Below, one piece after another: positions 9,527 through 19,182 of a stretch of 64,000 nt of DNA (the first letter of the stretch is position 1; every line of letters begins with the position of its first letter). The stretch covers positions 21,020 to 85,019 of the forward strand of contig DAIRCR010000002.1 in NCBI GenBank assembly GCA_036796575.1, read 5' to 3'. The DNA comes from Candidatus Nanopelagicales bacterium (GTDB lineage: Bacteria > Actinomycetota > Actinomycetes > S36-B12 > UBA5976). A program made the translations under genes and the position numbers. The notes beneath the pieces were generated by a model. The model worked only from the letters and a program-made list of their open reading frames with translations. It made no database searches and was not told the DNA's origin.

Positions 9527-10576
9527 ATGGCTGAAAAACTAATTATTGAAACCATTGAAGCCCACGCCGAAGGCGAAGGCGGTCGCGTAATTACCAATAT
9601 GGCTCACCTGGTTAAGGGCGAGACTATGAAGGAGCGTTTCGATTACTGTGAAGCCAATTTAGATTGGTTCCGCCACGCAATCTTGCACGAACCTCGCGGC
9701 TATCCGGCCTTATGTGCAGTGTTTATCCTTCCGCCGGTCAATAAAGGCTCTGATTTTGGAATCATTGTTCTGGAACAAGGTGGCTTCACTGCAATGTCAG
9801 GCAGTAACACAATGTGTGCGGTAACGGCTGCCCTAGAAAAAGGCATCGTAAAGATGCAAGAGCCTGAAACCACCGTCACTATTGATACAGCGGTTGGAAC
9901 TATTTCGGTGCTTGCCCGCTGTAAAGATGGCAAAGTTCTCGATGTTGCAATTAGAAACGTTCCAGCTTTCACCGTTTACATTGACAAAGTTGTTGATGTT
10001 CCGGAATACGGTCCAATTCCAATTGACTTAGTTTTCGGTGGACAATTCTTTGCTCAAACCAACATTGCCAACGTTGGACTTGAGATCAAGCCAGAGAATG
10101 CCAAAGCCATAACTCGTGCTGGCGCGGCAATCAAGTACGCAGTAAACAAGCAGCTACAGTTTGAGCACCCAGAGAATCCAAGCATTAACAAGGTTGGCAT
10201 CGTTATTCTGCACAACGGTGATCGTGAGCCAGGTAAGCAAGCACAGAACTCTGCTGTGCTAACTGGCGATAACTTAACCGCAGATCCGGAAACCTGGAAG
10301 GGCATGCTGGATCGCTCCCCTTGTGGCACTGGTACTTGCGGACGAATGTCAGCCCTGTACAGCAGAGGTCAACTTGCTCTTGGTGAAGAGTTCTCGCACA
10401 TGAGCTTCTTAGGCACCAAGTTCTTTGGTCAAGTAAATGAACCAACCAAGATTGGCCAGTACGACGCAGTCGTGCCAACGATTCGCGGCAGTGCCTGGGT
10501 TACCGGTGCAGCGACTTGGGAGATCGATCCAACTGATCCATTCCAGACTGGTTACACCTTGGGCGACATCTGGTAA
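9527..10576 (+). CDS. proline racemase / hydroxyproline epimerase superfamily protein with a Ser/Cys catalytic pair
   Basis: 349 aa. The second catalytic motif DRSPCGTGTC is present. The first catalytic position reads AMSGSNTMC where canonical members have MCGH. Confidence 0.75.
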   Translation: MAEKLIIETIEAHAEGEGGRVITNMAHLVKGETMKERFDYCEANLDWFRHAILHEPRGYPALCAVFILPPVNKGSDFGIIVLEQGGFTAMSGSNTMCAVTAALEKGIVKMQEPETTVTIDTAVGTISVLARCKDGKVLDVAIRNVPAFTVYIDKVVDVPEYGPIPIDLVFGGQFFAQTNIANVGLEIKPENAKAITRAGAAIKYAVNKQLQFEHPENPSINKVGIVILHNGDREPGKQAQNSAVLTGDNLTADPETWKGMLDRSPCGTGTCGRMSALYSRGQLALGEEFSHMSFLGTKFFGQVNEPTKIGQYDAVVPTIRGSAWVTGAATWEIDPTDPFQTGYTLGDIW

Positions 10577-10596
10577 GAGGCGACAGTTTGCGTGCG

Positions 10597-10736
10597 AGCG
10601 CTACTGCAAAAACCTTCTTCGTTAAAACGCTCCGCTCGCGTCCCCAATTTCAGTATGCAGATCCTGCGGATCAGCATGAAATCTGGGGACCGACGCTCAC
10701 TCCGTAGTTTTTCCTCAGAAGTTTTTGCAAGCGCTC
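10597..10736. other. ~140-nt long imperfect inverted repeat (rod-like fold with internal bubble); candidate structured RNA or palindromic element
   Basis: Hand pairing. The outer stem joins gagcgct/tgcaaaaa/cttct (10597-10619) to agaag/tttttgca/agcgctc (10717-10736). An unpaired bubble lies at 10620-10640 and 10690-10716. The inner stem joins tcccca+atttc (10641-10651) to gaaat+tgggga (10678-10689). The apical hairpin is atgcagatcc-tgc-ggatcagcat (10655-10677). Confidence 0.35.
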
Positions 10737-10760
10737 TTCCCGAATCCGCTGGGCTCATAA

Positions 10761-10797
10761 ACGAATAAAGACCGCCATAAAGGCGGTCATTATTCGT
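10761..10797. terminator. bidirectional intrinsic-terminator-like hairpin
   Basis: The stem pairs acgaataa-a-gaccgcc with ggcggtc-a-ttattcgt around an ataaa loop. It is flanked by T-rich runs on both strands and sits just 3' of tRNA-Ala. Confidence 0.6.
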
Positions 10798-10874
<77 letters not shown>

Positions 10875-10898
10875 GAACCTTGTCAATGTTAGTGGACG

Positions 10899-11558
10899 TT
10901 ACTTATCATCACCAATTGCAGGCTCAGGTAACGATCCTGCGTTGTATTCCTGTAGTCGCCATTTCAAGCCCGGCAACTTTGGCATGTTTTCATCAAGTTC
11001 AGAAAGCACTGACCACTGTGCGTTAGCCAGCACACCAAGTATGGTCCACTGCTCTGGCGCTAATCCCAAAAGCCGACCAAGCGCAGATCGCAAAGCACCA
11101 CCATGTGAAGCGACAACTAAAGTTCCACCAGCAGGGATAGTAACGAGTGCATGTTCAATGGCTTCAACTACTCGCTCAGATACTTCCCAACGCGTTTCCC
11201 CACCACCTGGTCTGATCTCTGAGTCGCCACCCCAAGCTGCATAGTCTTCTGGGTACTTTGCCATGATCTCGTCACGAGTCATACCCTGCCATTCGCCAGC
11301 AAAGGTTTCTCGCAAACGTTCATCGACAGTTAGTTCTACTCCAGCAAGATCGGCCAAGGTCCGACCAGTTTCAAGTGCTCTCGATAAGTCGCTAGCAATA
11401 ACGTGAGTAGGTTTCATGGCAAGTAAAGTTTGGGCAGCATGGCGAGCTTGTTCAACACCGACATCATTTAATGGGATATCGATTTGTCCTTGATGACGGC
11501 TCTCAGCATTCCAAACGGTTTGGCCATGGCGCCATAAAACTAAGCGACGTGAACTCAT
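10899..11558 (-). CDS. histidine phosphatase (phosphoglycerate-mutase-like) family protein, GpgP-like position
   Basis: It has the RHGQT catalytic motif (LVLWRHGQTVWN) and SHGG. ATG 11558 forms an ATGA overlap with the rsfS stop. The nadD-rsfS-phosphatase order matches mycobacterial Rv2421c-Rv2419c. Confidence 0.75.
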   Translation of the reverse strand: MSSRRLVLWRHGQTVWNAESRHQGQIDIPLNDVGVEQARHAAQTLLAMKPTHVIASDLSRALETGRTLADLAGVELTVDERLRETFAGEWQGMTRDEIMAKYPEDYAAWGGDSEIRPGGGETRWEVSERVVEAIEHALVTIPAGGTLVVASHGGALRSALGRLLGLAPEQWTILGVLANAQWSVLSELDENMPKLPGLKWRLQEYNAGSLPEPAIGDDK

Positions 11559-11923
11559 ACCAACTCCACAGGGATATGCGGGCAATCGCTCCACAGCCGT
11601 TCTAGGTCATACAGGCTGCGCTCTTCATCTTGCTGAACGTGCACAACAATGTCGAAGTAATCAAGCAATACCCAACGACCCTCGCGATTTCCTTCGCGGC
11701 GGATTGGATCAACATCAATTTCATCAAGTGCGGCTTCGATGGCGTCAACAATGGCACCAACCTGGCGCTCGTTATCAGCTGAGGCAATCAAGAAAATGTC
11801 GGTAATTACTAGGTGTTCGCTGACATCAAGCAGAACTATGTTCTCGGCTTTCTTGTCGTAAGCCGCTTGTGCCGCAATCTTGGCAATCTTTAAGGCATGT
11901 TCAGAGGCAGCCACAAACTCCAC
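11555..11923 (-). CDS. rsfS: ribosome silencing factor RsfS
   Basis: 122 aa with a GTG start. Motifs DKKAENIVLLDV, FLIASADNERQ and WVLLDYFDIVVHV. Confidence 0.9.
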   Translation of the reverse strand: MEFVAASEHALKIAKIAAQAAYDKKAENIVLLDVSEHLVITDIFLIASADNERQVGAIVDAIEAALDEIDVDPIRREGNREGRWVLLDYFDIVVHVQQDEERSLYDLERLWSDCPHIPVELV

Positions 11924-11962
11924 ACTTTCGCAATACTTATTTAATAAGGACTCTAAGACTAC

Positions 11963-12772
11963 TTAATTACTCGGCACGCGGGAAATGTTGGCACTTGACC
12001 ACAAATTGGATGCGCGAAGTTCGACTATTAATCGTGCAATGCTCTGGGTTGGTACATTTGATTTCGCAAGCGAGCCCAAGGCAGAAAGCACTTCATCTAC
12101 GCGCTCCTGATCACCTTGTTGATTCTCAAATACCGCGCGTAAAACTTGATTAGTTCTAGACATAAACTCTTCGGTAGTTTCGAATTGAGACTTAACCATT
12201 GCATATCCAGCAGCAGCTCCTCCAACCAGAACAGCGCTGCCAGGTCGCACGTACTGCGCTGCTTCCCCCGATTCACTAACTCGATAAAGGTTTTCAGAGT
12301 TAATCGTTACTCCACCAACACCGTCAACTAAACCTGCTAACGCTAGACGTTGTAGATATATGGAGCCATCGATAGGAATTCCAAGCGCACCTGAAATGGA
12401 TTGGTCAATACCATCGAATGAACCCTGCAAGCCCGCATCACTGATTGGGACAAATCCTTGACCTGGCGGAACTATCAAAGTTGCTGGATCAATATTCACG
12501 ATAGCTAATTTCGTTCCATCGTCAGATTGCCGAAGGACTGTTACGGAAACAATCTTTTGTTGCGAGTCAATCAAAGCAACCATCAGATTGTTAATGTCAG
12601 TTGCAGGTTCAGCGGTAGCACTCAAAGTTGGACTAGCAGTCGGGCTCGCAGTTATCTCTGCTGGCAATGGCGCAGCCTGGCCATCACCGCGAAGAAAAAA
12701 AACGCCAGTAAGTAATGCGACAGCCAAGATAGAGCTAATCAACCATTTCAAAAATGATGGGATTCGATTCAC
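11963..12772 (-). CDS. membrane-anchored LytR/CpsA/Psr (LCP)-like protein
   Basis: 269 aa with an N-terminal TM helix and a Pro/Thr/Ala linker. The segment GIPIDGSIYLQRLALAGLVDGVGGVTIN is LCP-like. A gene of this type occupies the same slot between nadD and rsfS in other actinobacteria, as I recall. Confidence 0.45.
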   Translation of the reverse strand: MNRIPSFLKWLISSILAVALLTGVFFLRGDGQAAPLPAEITASPTASPTLSATAEPATDINNLMVALIDSQQKIVSVTVLRQSDDGTKLAIVNIDPATLIVPPGQGFVPISDAGLQGSFDGIDQSISGALGIPIDGSIYLQRLALAGLVDGVGGVTINSENLYRVSESGEAAQYVRPGSAVLVGGAAAGYAMVKSQFETTEEFMSRTNQVLRAVFENQQGDQERVDEVLSALGSLAKSNVPTQSIARLIVELRASNLWSSANISRVPSN

Positions 12773-13335
12773 GCTTGATACAGGCCTTGATCTGAGATGT
12801 ATTGGCTTACCTTGTGTGGCACCAGGTATTGCGTATCTGCATTGCTGGAAAATCTCTCGCGCAGTTCAGTTGCTGAAATTCGAACTTCAGGCATTTCTAC
12901 TGAGACAAAGTCAAATGGCACTGAATCTTTTTGTCCGACTCGATTAACGGCAACAATGGTTACTTCGCTTACGAATGCTTTCCACTCGTGCCAGCTGGTT
13001 ATCCCACTTAACGCATCCGAACCAACAATCCAAAAGATTTCATCGGCTGGATTTAGTTTCTTCCACTCCCGCACAGTGTCAATTGCATAGGTTGGTCCAG
13101 TTCGAGCAATCTCTATGTCGCTGGCTCTAAACCGAGCATCATCCGCAGTTGCTAGCCTTACCATTTCCAGGCGTTGCTGTCCGGTGCTGAGTTCACGATC
13201 TCGTTTTTGCCAAGGATCTCCAGCTGGAATAAACACAACTGAATCTAGATTTAACTCTTCATAAACTGAGCTGGCAGCAATTAGATGTCCGATATGTATT
13301 GGGTCAAAAGTACCGCCCAATATGCCAACCCTCAT
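12769..13335 (-). CDS. nadD: nicotinate-nucleotide adenylyltransferase
   Basis: [18 protein letters not shown] carries the (H/T)xGH motif. I chose ATG 13335; the longer ORF reaching 13407 adds a non-homologous N-terminus. There is a 4-nt overlap with the downstream gene. Confidence 0.9.
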   Translation of the reverse strand: MRVGILGGTFDPIHIGHLIAASSVYEELNLDSVVFIPAGDPWQKRDRELSTGQQRLEMVRLATADDARFRASDIEIARTGPTYAIDTVREWKKLNPADEIFWIVGSDALSGITSWHEWKAFVSEVTIVAVNRVGQKDSVPFDFVSVEMPEVRISATELRERFSSNADTQYLVPHKVSQYISDQGLYQA

Positions 13336-14509
13336 GACTACAAGAATACTTGCAACTAGTGTGGAGTTAATCTCCCAGCCAGAAGGGTTAATTGCCTTGG
13401 AACACATTGATCATGTTGTGATTGGTGCTGGCGCAATGGGCAGTGCAACCGCTTGGCAGCTTGCGTTGCAAGGTAAAGATGTGGCCCTTATCGAGCAGTT
13501 TGGGATTGCTCACGATAGAGGTAGTTCTCACGGTGGGACTCGCATTTTTCGGCTTTCATATCGCACTCCCCTTTACACAGATTTAGCGGCCAGAGCACTT
13601 CCAGATTGGCGAGAGTTGGAAGTAGATTCTGGCGAGCACTTGCTTGAGCAAAATGGCCAACTTGATCATGGATACAAAGAAGCAATCGATGAGATTGCCG
13701 CCAGCCTTGATCGACTTGGTCGCAGTTACCAGCGCATGGACGCGGCAGAAGCACATAGCCGCTGGCCAGGAATGAATTTTGAGGATCACGTTCTTTATAG
13801 CCCTGATGGTGGTCGCTGTTTTGCAGACAAGACAGTATCGACACTAATTCGGCGAACCCAAGAACTTGGTGGGCAAGTTCATTTGAATGCACGCGTGCTT
13901 TCGATTCAACTCGATGGCGACCACGCGATTGTGGAAACTGAATCAAAAACTTGGCGAACTCCATCGTTGGTAGTAGCTGCGGGTGGCTGGGTTGAAAAAC
14001 TAGTGGGCCACCTTGTTGATCTTCCCAAGCTAGTTGTTGATGCCGGACAGCCAGCACACTTTCAACCAATTGCAGGCCTTGAGTCAGAGTCATTGTGGCC
14101 AAGCTTCTTGCATCATGGCGCTAATGGTCGCGGTGGCTCACCGCTTGAAGCAAGTGCGTATGGACTTTACACACCTGGTGAAGGATTCAAAGTAGGCACT
14201 TGGAGTGACCGCGAGGCCATTGATCCAGACAATCGAGATTTCGAGATAAGTCAGAAGCACCTCGATGAAATGAAGCAATACGTGTCCCATTGGTTCCCAG
14301 GTTTAGATTTAGAGTCGGCAAAGGCAACTACTTGCTTGTTCACAAACACTCCTGATGAAGATTTCATCTTAGATCGGCGCGGACCGATAACTATTTGCTC
14401 GCCTTGCTCGGGCCACGGATTTAAGTTTGTGCCAACTATCGGCAAGATAACAGCTGAGTTAGCCCTAGGTGGAAAACAAACTACGCCGCAATGGCAACTA
14501 AGTAATTAG
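13322..14509 (+). CDS. FAD-dependent monomeric sarcosine oxidase / N-methyltryptophan oxidase-like flavoprotein
   Basis: It has the dinucleotide fold [26 protein letters not shown] sits at the position of the covalent-FAD Cys of MSOX/MTOX, and SGHGFKF is present. ATG 13322 overlaps the divergent nadD start, so TTG 13397 (AGAAGGG 9 nt upstream) is a more likely start. Confidence 0.7.
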   Translation: MPTLMTTRILATSVELISQPEGLIALEHIDHVVIGAGAMGSATAWQLALQGKDVALIEQFGIAHDRGSSHGGTRIFRLSYRTPLYTDLAARALPDWRELEVDSGEHLLEQNGQLDHGYKEAIDEIAASLDRLGRSYQRMDAAEAHSRWPGMNFEDHVLYSPDGGRCFADKTVSTLIRRTQELGGQVHLNARVLSIQLDGDHAIVETESKTWRTPSLVVAAGGWVEKLVGHLVDLPKLVVDAGQPAHFQPIAGLESESLWPSFLHHGANGRGGSPLEASAYGLYTPGEGFKVGTWSDREAIDPDNRDFEISQKHLDEMKQYVSHWFPGLDLESAKATTCLFTNTPDEDFILDRRGPITICSPCSGHGFKFVPTIGKITAELALGGKQTTPQWQLSN

Positions 14510-16017
14510 TTCAAGTTCTCAGACTCTAAATCTTCTTCAAAATCTTCGATGATTAGTGGATCGATTGTTTCAATAAGGGCTTCTTCAGGTTCCCCAGTTC
14601 CGTATTGACGAATACGGTGGATCGCAAGGCGTTCTTCAGCGCTTAAGCGACGCTTGTCGTACAACCGCTGGTCGGTACCGCGAGGGCCTTGATGTAAGTC
14701 CCCTGCAGTTGGCGCCCAATCAAACACAACCGCACTCGGGCCTTCGCCGATTACAACTTCGTCGCCGGCTACTGCGCCAGCTTTAGCCAATTCAAGTTCG
14801 ATTCCTGCTCTAGCCAAACGATCTGCCAAGTAACCTACGGCTTCATCGTTGGCAAAATCAGTTTGATGAATCCAACGCTCTGGTCTTTCGCCAACAACGC
14901 GGTAACGAATAGTTTCAGCTCCGGACTTTTCAGCTGTGACCGTGAAGCCAGAGTCATCAACAGACTTGGGCGTGACGATAACGCGTGGACGATTCTCGGC
15001 GGCAAAGATTGCTTCAGCGCGTGAGGCTTTAACGATGTCAGCTAGTGCGAATCCAAGTTCCCTAAGGCCCTCGTGGCTAACAGCTGATACTAAGAAAACT
15101 TGATAGCCGCGTTCATGTAAATCCGGAAGCACAAACTCAGCTAGTTCGCGGCCTTCTGGAATGTCTATTTTGTTGAGCACAACTACACGTGGTCGATCTT
15201 CCAAACCGCCGTACTGCTTTAATTCATTTTCGATTACATCTAGGTCTGTTAATGGATCGCGATTTGGTTCCAGGGTTGCGCAATCTAGCACGTGCACAAG
15301 AGCGGCACAGCGCTCAATATGACGAAGGAATTCCAGGCCAAGACCTTTACCTTCACTTGCACCAGGAATCAGACCAGGAACGTCTGCCATAGTGAAAATC
15401 ATTTCGCCCGAGCGAACCACACCAAGGTTTGGTTCCAACGTGGTGAATGGATAGTCAGCAATCTTTGGTCGAGCTGCTGACATGGCTGCAATTAAGGATG
15501 ACTTTCCAGCACTTGGATATCCAACTAGGCCAACATCAGCCACGGTCTTAAGTTCAAGAACGACATCGCGAGTGACGCCCTTCTCACCAAGTAGCGCAAA
15601 GCCTGGAGCCTTGCGCTTTGTCGATGCCAGCGCTGCGTTCCCAAGACCGCCACGACCGCCAGCTGCAATTACGTACCGTGTGCCAATGCCAAGCATGTCC
15701 GTCAAGACTGTGCCATCAGCAAGTGAAACTACAGTTCCTTCTGGAACTGCTAATTCAAGATGTTCGCCATATGCACCATTGCGGTGGTCGCCTTGGCCAG
15801 GCTTGCCATTACCGGCGCTGCGATGAGGACTGCGATGGAAATCTAGAAGAGTTGTAACGGATGGATCAACAACAAGAACTACATCGCCACCATTGCCACC
15901 ATTGCCACCATCAGGTCCGCCAAGTGGCTTGAACTTCTCGCGGTGAACCGAAGCACAGCCGTGTCCGCCATTACCGCCTTGAACATGGAGAGTCACTTGA
16001 TCGATAAACGATGTCAT
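14506..16017 (-). CDS. obgE: GTPase ObgE/CgtA
   Basis: It has the Gly-rich Obg fold ([22 protein letters not shown]). GTPase motifs are G1 [10 protein letters not shown]3 DVPGLI and G4 NKID. A C-terminal extension typical of actinobacterial Obg is present. Confidence 0.95.
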   Translation of the reverse strand: MTSFIDQVTLHVQGGNGGHGCASVHREKFKPLGGPDGGNGGNGGDVVLVVDPSVTTLLDFHRSPHRSAGNGKPGQGDHRNGAYGEHLELAVPEGTVVSLADGTVLTDMLGIGTRYVIAAGGRGGLGNAALASTKRKAPGFALLGEKGVTRDVVLELKTVADVGLVGYPSAGKSSLIAAMSAARPKIADYPFTTLEPNLGVVRSGEMIFTMADVPGLIPGASEGKGLGLEFLRHIERCAALVHVLDCATLEPNRDPLTDLDVIENELKQYGGLEDRPRVVVLNKIDIPEGRELAEFVLPDLHERGYQVFLVSAVSHEGLRELGFALADIVKASRAEAIFAAENRPRVIVTPKSVDDSGFTVTAEKSGAETIRYRVVGERPERWIHQTDFANDEAVGYLADRLARAGIELELAKAGAVAGDEVVIGEGPSAVVFDWAPTAGDLHQGPRGTDQRLYDKRRLSAEERLAIHRIRQYGTGEPEEALIETIDPLIIEDFEEDLESENLN

Positions 16018-16084
16018 TGAATCTCCTTTCCAAAAGAAAAGCGGGCCCGAACCGGACCCGCCAATCTACAAAAATTCCGCGGAA

Positions 16085-16339
16085 TTATTCCGCCGGGACA
16101 ATGTTGATAACACGACGACCGCGACGGCTACCGAACTGAACAGCGCCAGCAGCTAGTGCGAAAAGTGTGTCATCTCCACCACGGCCAACATTCTCACCTG
16201 GGTGAAAGTGTGTGCCACGCTGACGAACAATGATTTCTCCGGCGTTAACAACCTGACCACCGAAACGCTTTACGCCCAAACGCTGTGCATTTGAATCGCG
16301 ACCGTTTCTGGTACTGGAGGCACCCTTTTTATGAGCCAT
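16085..16339 (-). CDS. rpmA: 50S ribosomal protein L27
   Basis: [29 protein letters not shown]...; 84 aa. Confidence 0.97.
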   Translation of the reverse strand: MAHKKGASSTRNGRDSNAQRLGVKRFGGQVVNAGEIIVRQRGTHFHPGENVGRGGDDTLFALAAGAVQFGSRRGRRVINIVPAE

Positions 16340-16348
16340 GAGTTATAC

Positions 16349-16942
16349 CTACTTCTCTGTCTTCTTAGGGGCCGATGCAGGCGATTTCTTCGCCTTTGCA
16401 TCGGAACTTGAAGTTGTTGCAGCCTTCTTAGCGGCTGGAGCTTTCTTAGCGGCTGGAGCTTTTTTAGCAGGAGCAGCCTTCTTAGCAGCAGGTGCCTTTT
16501 TAGCTGGAGCAGCTTTCTTAGCAACTGGCTTTTCTGCGGCAGGTGCGGCAGGTGCGGCAGGTGCAGCAGCCTTAGTTGGCGCAGCCTTCTTTGAAACTAC
16601 TGGCTTAGCCTTTGCAGTTGCTTTGTCACCAGCAGCGATTTTCTCGCTACCGATTGAAATAATTTGCACATCAGTTAGGTCTGAACGGTGTCCTTGACGA
16701 CGACGGTAACCGGTCTTGTTCTTGTAACGAAGAATTTCGATTTTCGGTCCACGGTTGTGGTCAATAACTTCAGCGGTTACGGTGACGCCTTTAGCGTCGG
16801 TGTTGACCTTGTCGCCATCCACGATCAAAACAGTTGGAAGAACCACTGTCTCGCCTGGCTTGGCTTGAACGCGGTCAAGGCTAATTAGGTCGCCAACGGC
16901 AACTTTCTCCTGGCGGCCACCAGCACGAACGATCGCGTACAC
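16349..16942 (-). CDS. rplU: 50S ribosomal protein L21 with ~100-aa Lys/Ala/Pro-rich C-terminal extension
   Basis: GTG start with AAGGAGA upstream. The L21 core is [14 protein letters not shown]...[14 protein letters not shown]. It is followed by ([12 protein letters not shown])n and an (AAP)n tail. Confidence 0.93.
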   Translation of the reverse strand: MYAIVRAGGRQEKVAVGDLISLDRVQAKPGETVVLPTVLIVDGDKVNTDAKGVTVTAEVIDHNRGPKIEILRYKNKTGYRRRQGHRSDLTDVQIISIGSEKIAAGDKATAKAKPVVSKKAAPTKAAAPAAPAAPAAEKPVAKKAAPAKKAPAAKKAAPAKKAPAAKKAPAAKKAATTSSSDAKAKKSPASAPKKTEK

Positions 16943-17028
16943 GAGGTATCTCCTTGAACTAATGCTTGTTTCGGGTGAAAACCCTAAGTCTTAAGCCTCA
17001 TAAGGTTACGGACTCAAGGGCCTTAGGG

Positions 17029-19083
17029 TCAAACCGAGACCGGCTCTTCGGGGGTTAAATCTGGGGTGGAATCTGCGGAATTGTCGTGGGAATGGTCATG
17101 ATTGCCTTTTTTTCCCTTGGTTTTAGGGGTTTTCGAGGTGTCATTACCTTCCATGTTCACAACGGCGCCGCGACCCTGGCAATGATCGCAAGATTCGCTG
17201 AAAACCTCCAGCAATCCAGCGCCAATGCGCTTACGGGTCATTTGAACCAGGCCAAGGGAGGTAACTTCAGCGACCTGATGCTTGGTGCGATCTCGCCCTA
17301 GGCATTCGATCAGGCGACGAATCACTTGATCGCGGTTGCTTTCTAGGACCATGTCGATGAAGTCGATAACGATGATGCCACCGATATCACGAAGTCTTAG
17401 CTGGCGAACAATTTCTTCAGCTGCTTCCATGTTGTTCTTGGTAACAGTTTGCTCAAGGTTGCCACCCTGACCAATGAACTTGCCAGTGTTGACGTCAACA
17501 ACAGTCATCGCTTCAGTGCGATCGATAACTAATGAACCACCTGAAGGTAAGTAAACCTTGCGATCAAGCGCTTTTGCAATCTGTTCATCAATGCGGTACT
17601 CGGTGAATACATCTGTTGTGCCGACATACTTTTCCAAGCGGTCAGCAAGATCTGGGGCCACGTAACTTACGTATTGCTCAACTGTTTCCCAAGCATCAGC
17701 GCCAGAAACAATTAGCTTCTTTACATCTTCATTGAAGATGTCGCGAACAACCTTGATGGAAATGTCTGGCTCGCCGTAAAGCATTGTTGGCGGTGAAGCG
17801 GTTTTTGACTTTGCTTCGATGTCAGTCCACTGCGCCGCCAATCTTGCTACGTCGCGACCTAACTCCTCTTCACTTGCACCTTCGGATGCCGTGCGAACAA
17901 TTACGCCAGCATCTTCTGGAACTATTGCCTTCAAAATTGTTTTCAGGCGAGAACGTTCCCGGTCTGGAAGTTTGCGTGAGATTCCAGTCATTGGGTTATT
18001 TGGAACATAAACCAAGAACCGACCCGGCAACGATATCTGACTTGTTAAACGAGCGCCCTTTTGGCCAACTGGATCTTTGGTCACCTGCACCAATACTGGG
18101 TCACCAGATTTAAGTGCGGTTTCAATTTTCTTTGGCTGTCCATCGAGACCAGCTGCGTCCCAGTTAACTTCACCGGCGTAAAGAACTGCATTGCGTCCTT
18201 TGCCGATGTCAACGAAAGCTGCTTCCATGCCTGGCAATACGTTTTGAACTCGTCCTAGGTAAACGTTGCCAACTAGTGAGCCACTACTGGATTGGTTGAT
18301 GTAATGCTCAACAACAATTCCGTCTTCCAGAACTGCAATTTGAGTACGAGCGCCTTGTTGACGTACAACCATTACGCGCTCAACGTTTTCACGACGAGCT
18401 AGGAATTCTGATTCAGTCAAAATTGGTGCGCGCCTGCGACCGGACTCACGACCATCACGACGACGGTTGCGCTTTGCATCTAGTCGAGTTGAACCAGATT
18501 CATTCTCGGAGCCATCGCGAGTTCGCTTGCGGCTACGTTTACGGGCAGTTGCAGCTTCGGCTGACTCAGTTGAATCTTCGTCGGAAGCTTCTGCTGAACC
18601 TTCCTCAAGTTCGGAACCTTCTGCACCACTACCTGATTTTGGGCGGTTCTTGTTCTTGCCACCGCGACGATTGCGATTGCGATTGCGGTTATTGCCACCA
18701 GTGCGCTCTTCGCTGGATTCGGAGCTTTCACTTGAAGCCGATTCAGCGGTGTCAGCAGATTCTGAAGCTGCAGCTTTTTTAGTAGGAGTTTTTTTGGTTT
18801 GGCCTTTTTTTGGCACCGAAAGTGTTTCATCGCTACTTGCTGACTTGGCAGCAGCTTTTTTCTTAGCTGGCGCAGTAGTCACTGGAGCAGCTTGGAAAAC
18901 AGGAACTGCAATTGGCGCCTTCTTGGCCGGAGCCTTCTTTTTTGCAGCAGCCTTAGCTGGAGCCTTTTCTGACTTTTCAACCTTGTCTGGCTTGGCAGCA
19001 GGCGCATCTACAGGTGGTCCGGCTGGACGCCCAGCGGCACGTCGACGTGGTTTGGATTCTGGTGTTACTTCGTTATCCGACAT
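17029..19083 (-). CDS. rne: ribonuclease E/G family endoribonuclease
   Basis: 684 aa. It has an S1 domain and the catalytic core (GNVYLGRVQNVLPGMEAAFVDIG, VIDRTEAMTVVDVNTG, CDHCQGRG). These follow a ~215-aa low-complexity N-terminus rich in K/A/P and then R/S/E. Confidence 0.9.
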   Translation of the reverse strand: MSDNEVTPESKPRRRAAGRPAGPPVDAPAAKPDKVEKSEKAPAKAAAKKKAPAKKAPIAVPVFQAAPVTTAPAKKKAAAKSASSDETLSVPKKGQTKKTPTKKAAASESADTAESASSESSESSEERTGGNNRNRNRNRRGGKNKNRPKSGSGAEGSELEEGSAEASDEDSTESAEAATARKRSRKRTRDGSENESGSTRLDAKRNRRRDGRESGRRRAPILTESEFLARRENVERVMVVRQQGARTQIAVLEDGIVVEHYINQSSSGSLVGNVYLGRVQNVLPGMEAAFVDIGKGRNAVLYAGEVNWDAAGLDGQPKKIETALKSGDPVLVQVTKDPVGQKGARLTSQISLPGRFLVYVPNNPMTGISRKLPDRERSRLKTILKAIVPEDAGVIVRTASEGASEEELGRDVARLAAQWTDIEAKSKTASPPTMLYGEPDISIKVVRDIFNEDVKKLIVSGADAWETVEQYVSYVAPDLADRLEKYVGTTDVFTEYRIDEQIAKALDRKVYLPSGGSLVIDRTEAMTVVDVNTGKFIGQGGNLEQTVTKNNMEAAEEIVRQLRLRDIGGIIVIDFIDMVLESNRDQVIRRLIECLGRDRTKHQVAEVTSLGLVQMTRKRIGAGLLEVFSESCDHCQGRGAVVNMEGNDTSKTPKTKGKKGNHDHSHDNSADSTPDLTPEEPVSV

Positions 19084-19182
19084 GAAAGTCGTCTCCTATC
19101 GCACAACACCTATGCCGAAGCACTGGTCTTGCGTTCACTCACGCCCTAGGGCGCATAAGCCTATGTAGTGACGATGTAGGGC

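Noticed and set aside
10552-10758. 68-aa minus-strand ORF and 62-aa plus-strand ORF (10437-10625) in the long spacer
   Set aside because: They span the palindromic element, have no RBS and show no recognisable fold. The inverted-repeat structure explains the region better than a coding call.
16338-16697. 119-aa Ala/Gly/Phe-rich plus-strand ORF
   Set aside because: It lies entirely antisense to the repetitive Lys/Ala/Pro tail of rplU. The complement of GCN/AAR-rich repeats naturally stays open. It has no RBS and no family resemblance.
18467-19168. 233-aa plus-strand ORF
   Set aside because: It is a shadow ORF antisense to the low-complexity N-terminal region of rne. Its composition mirrors the complement of that tract.
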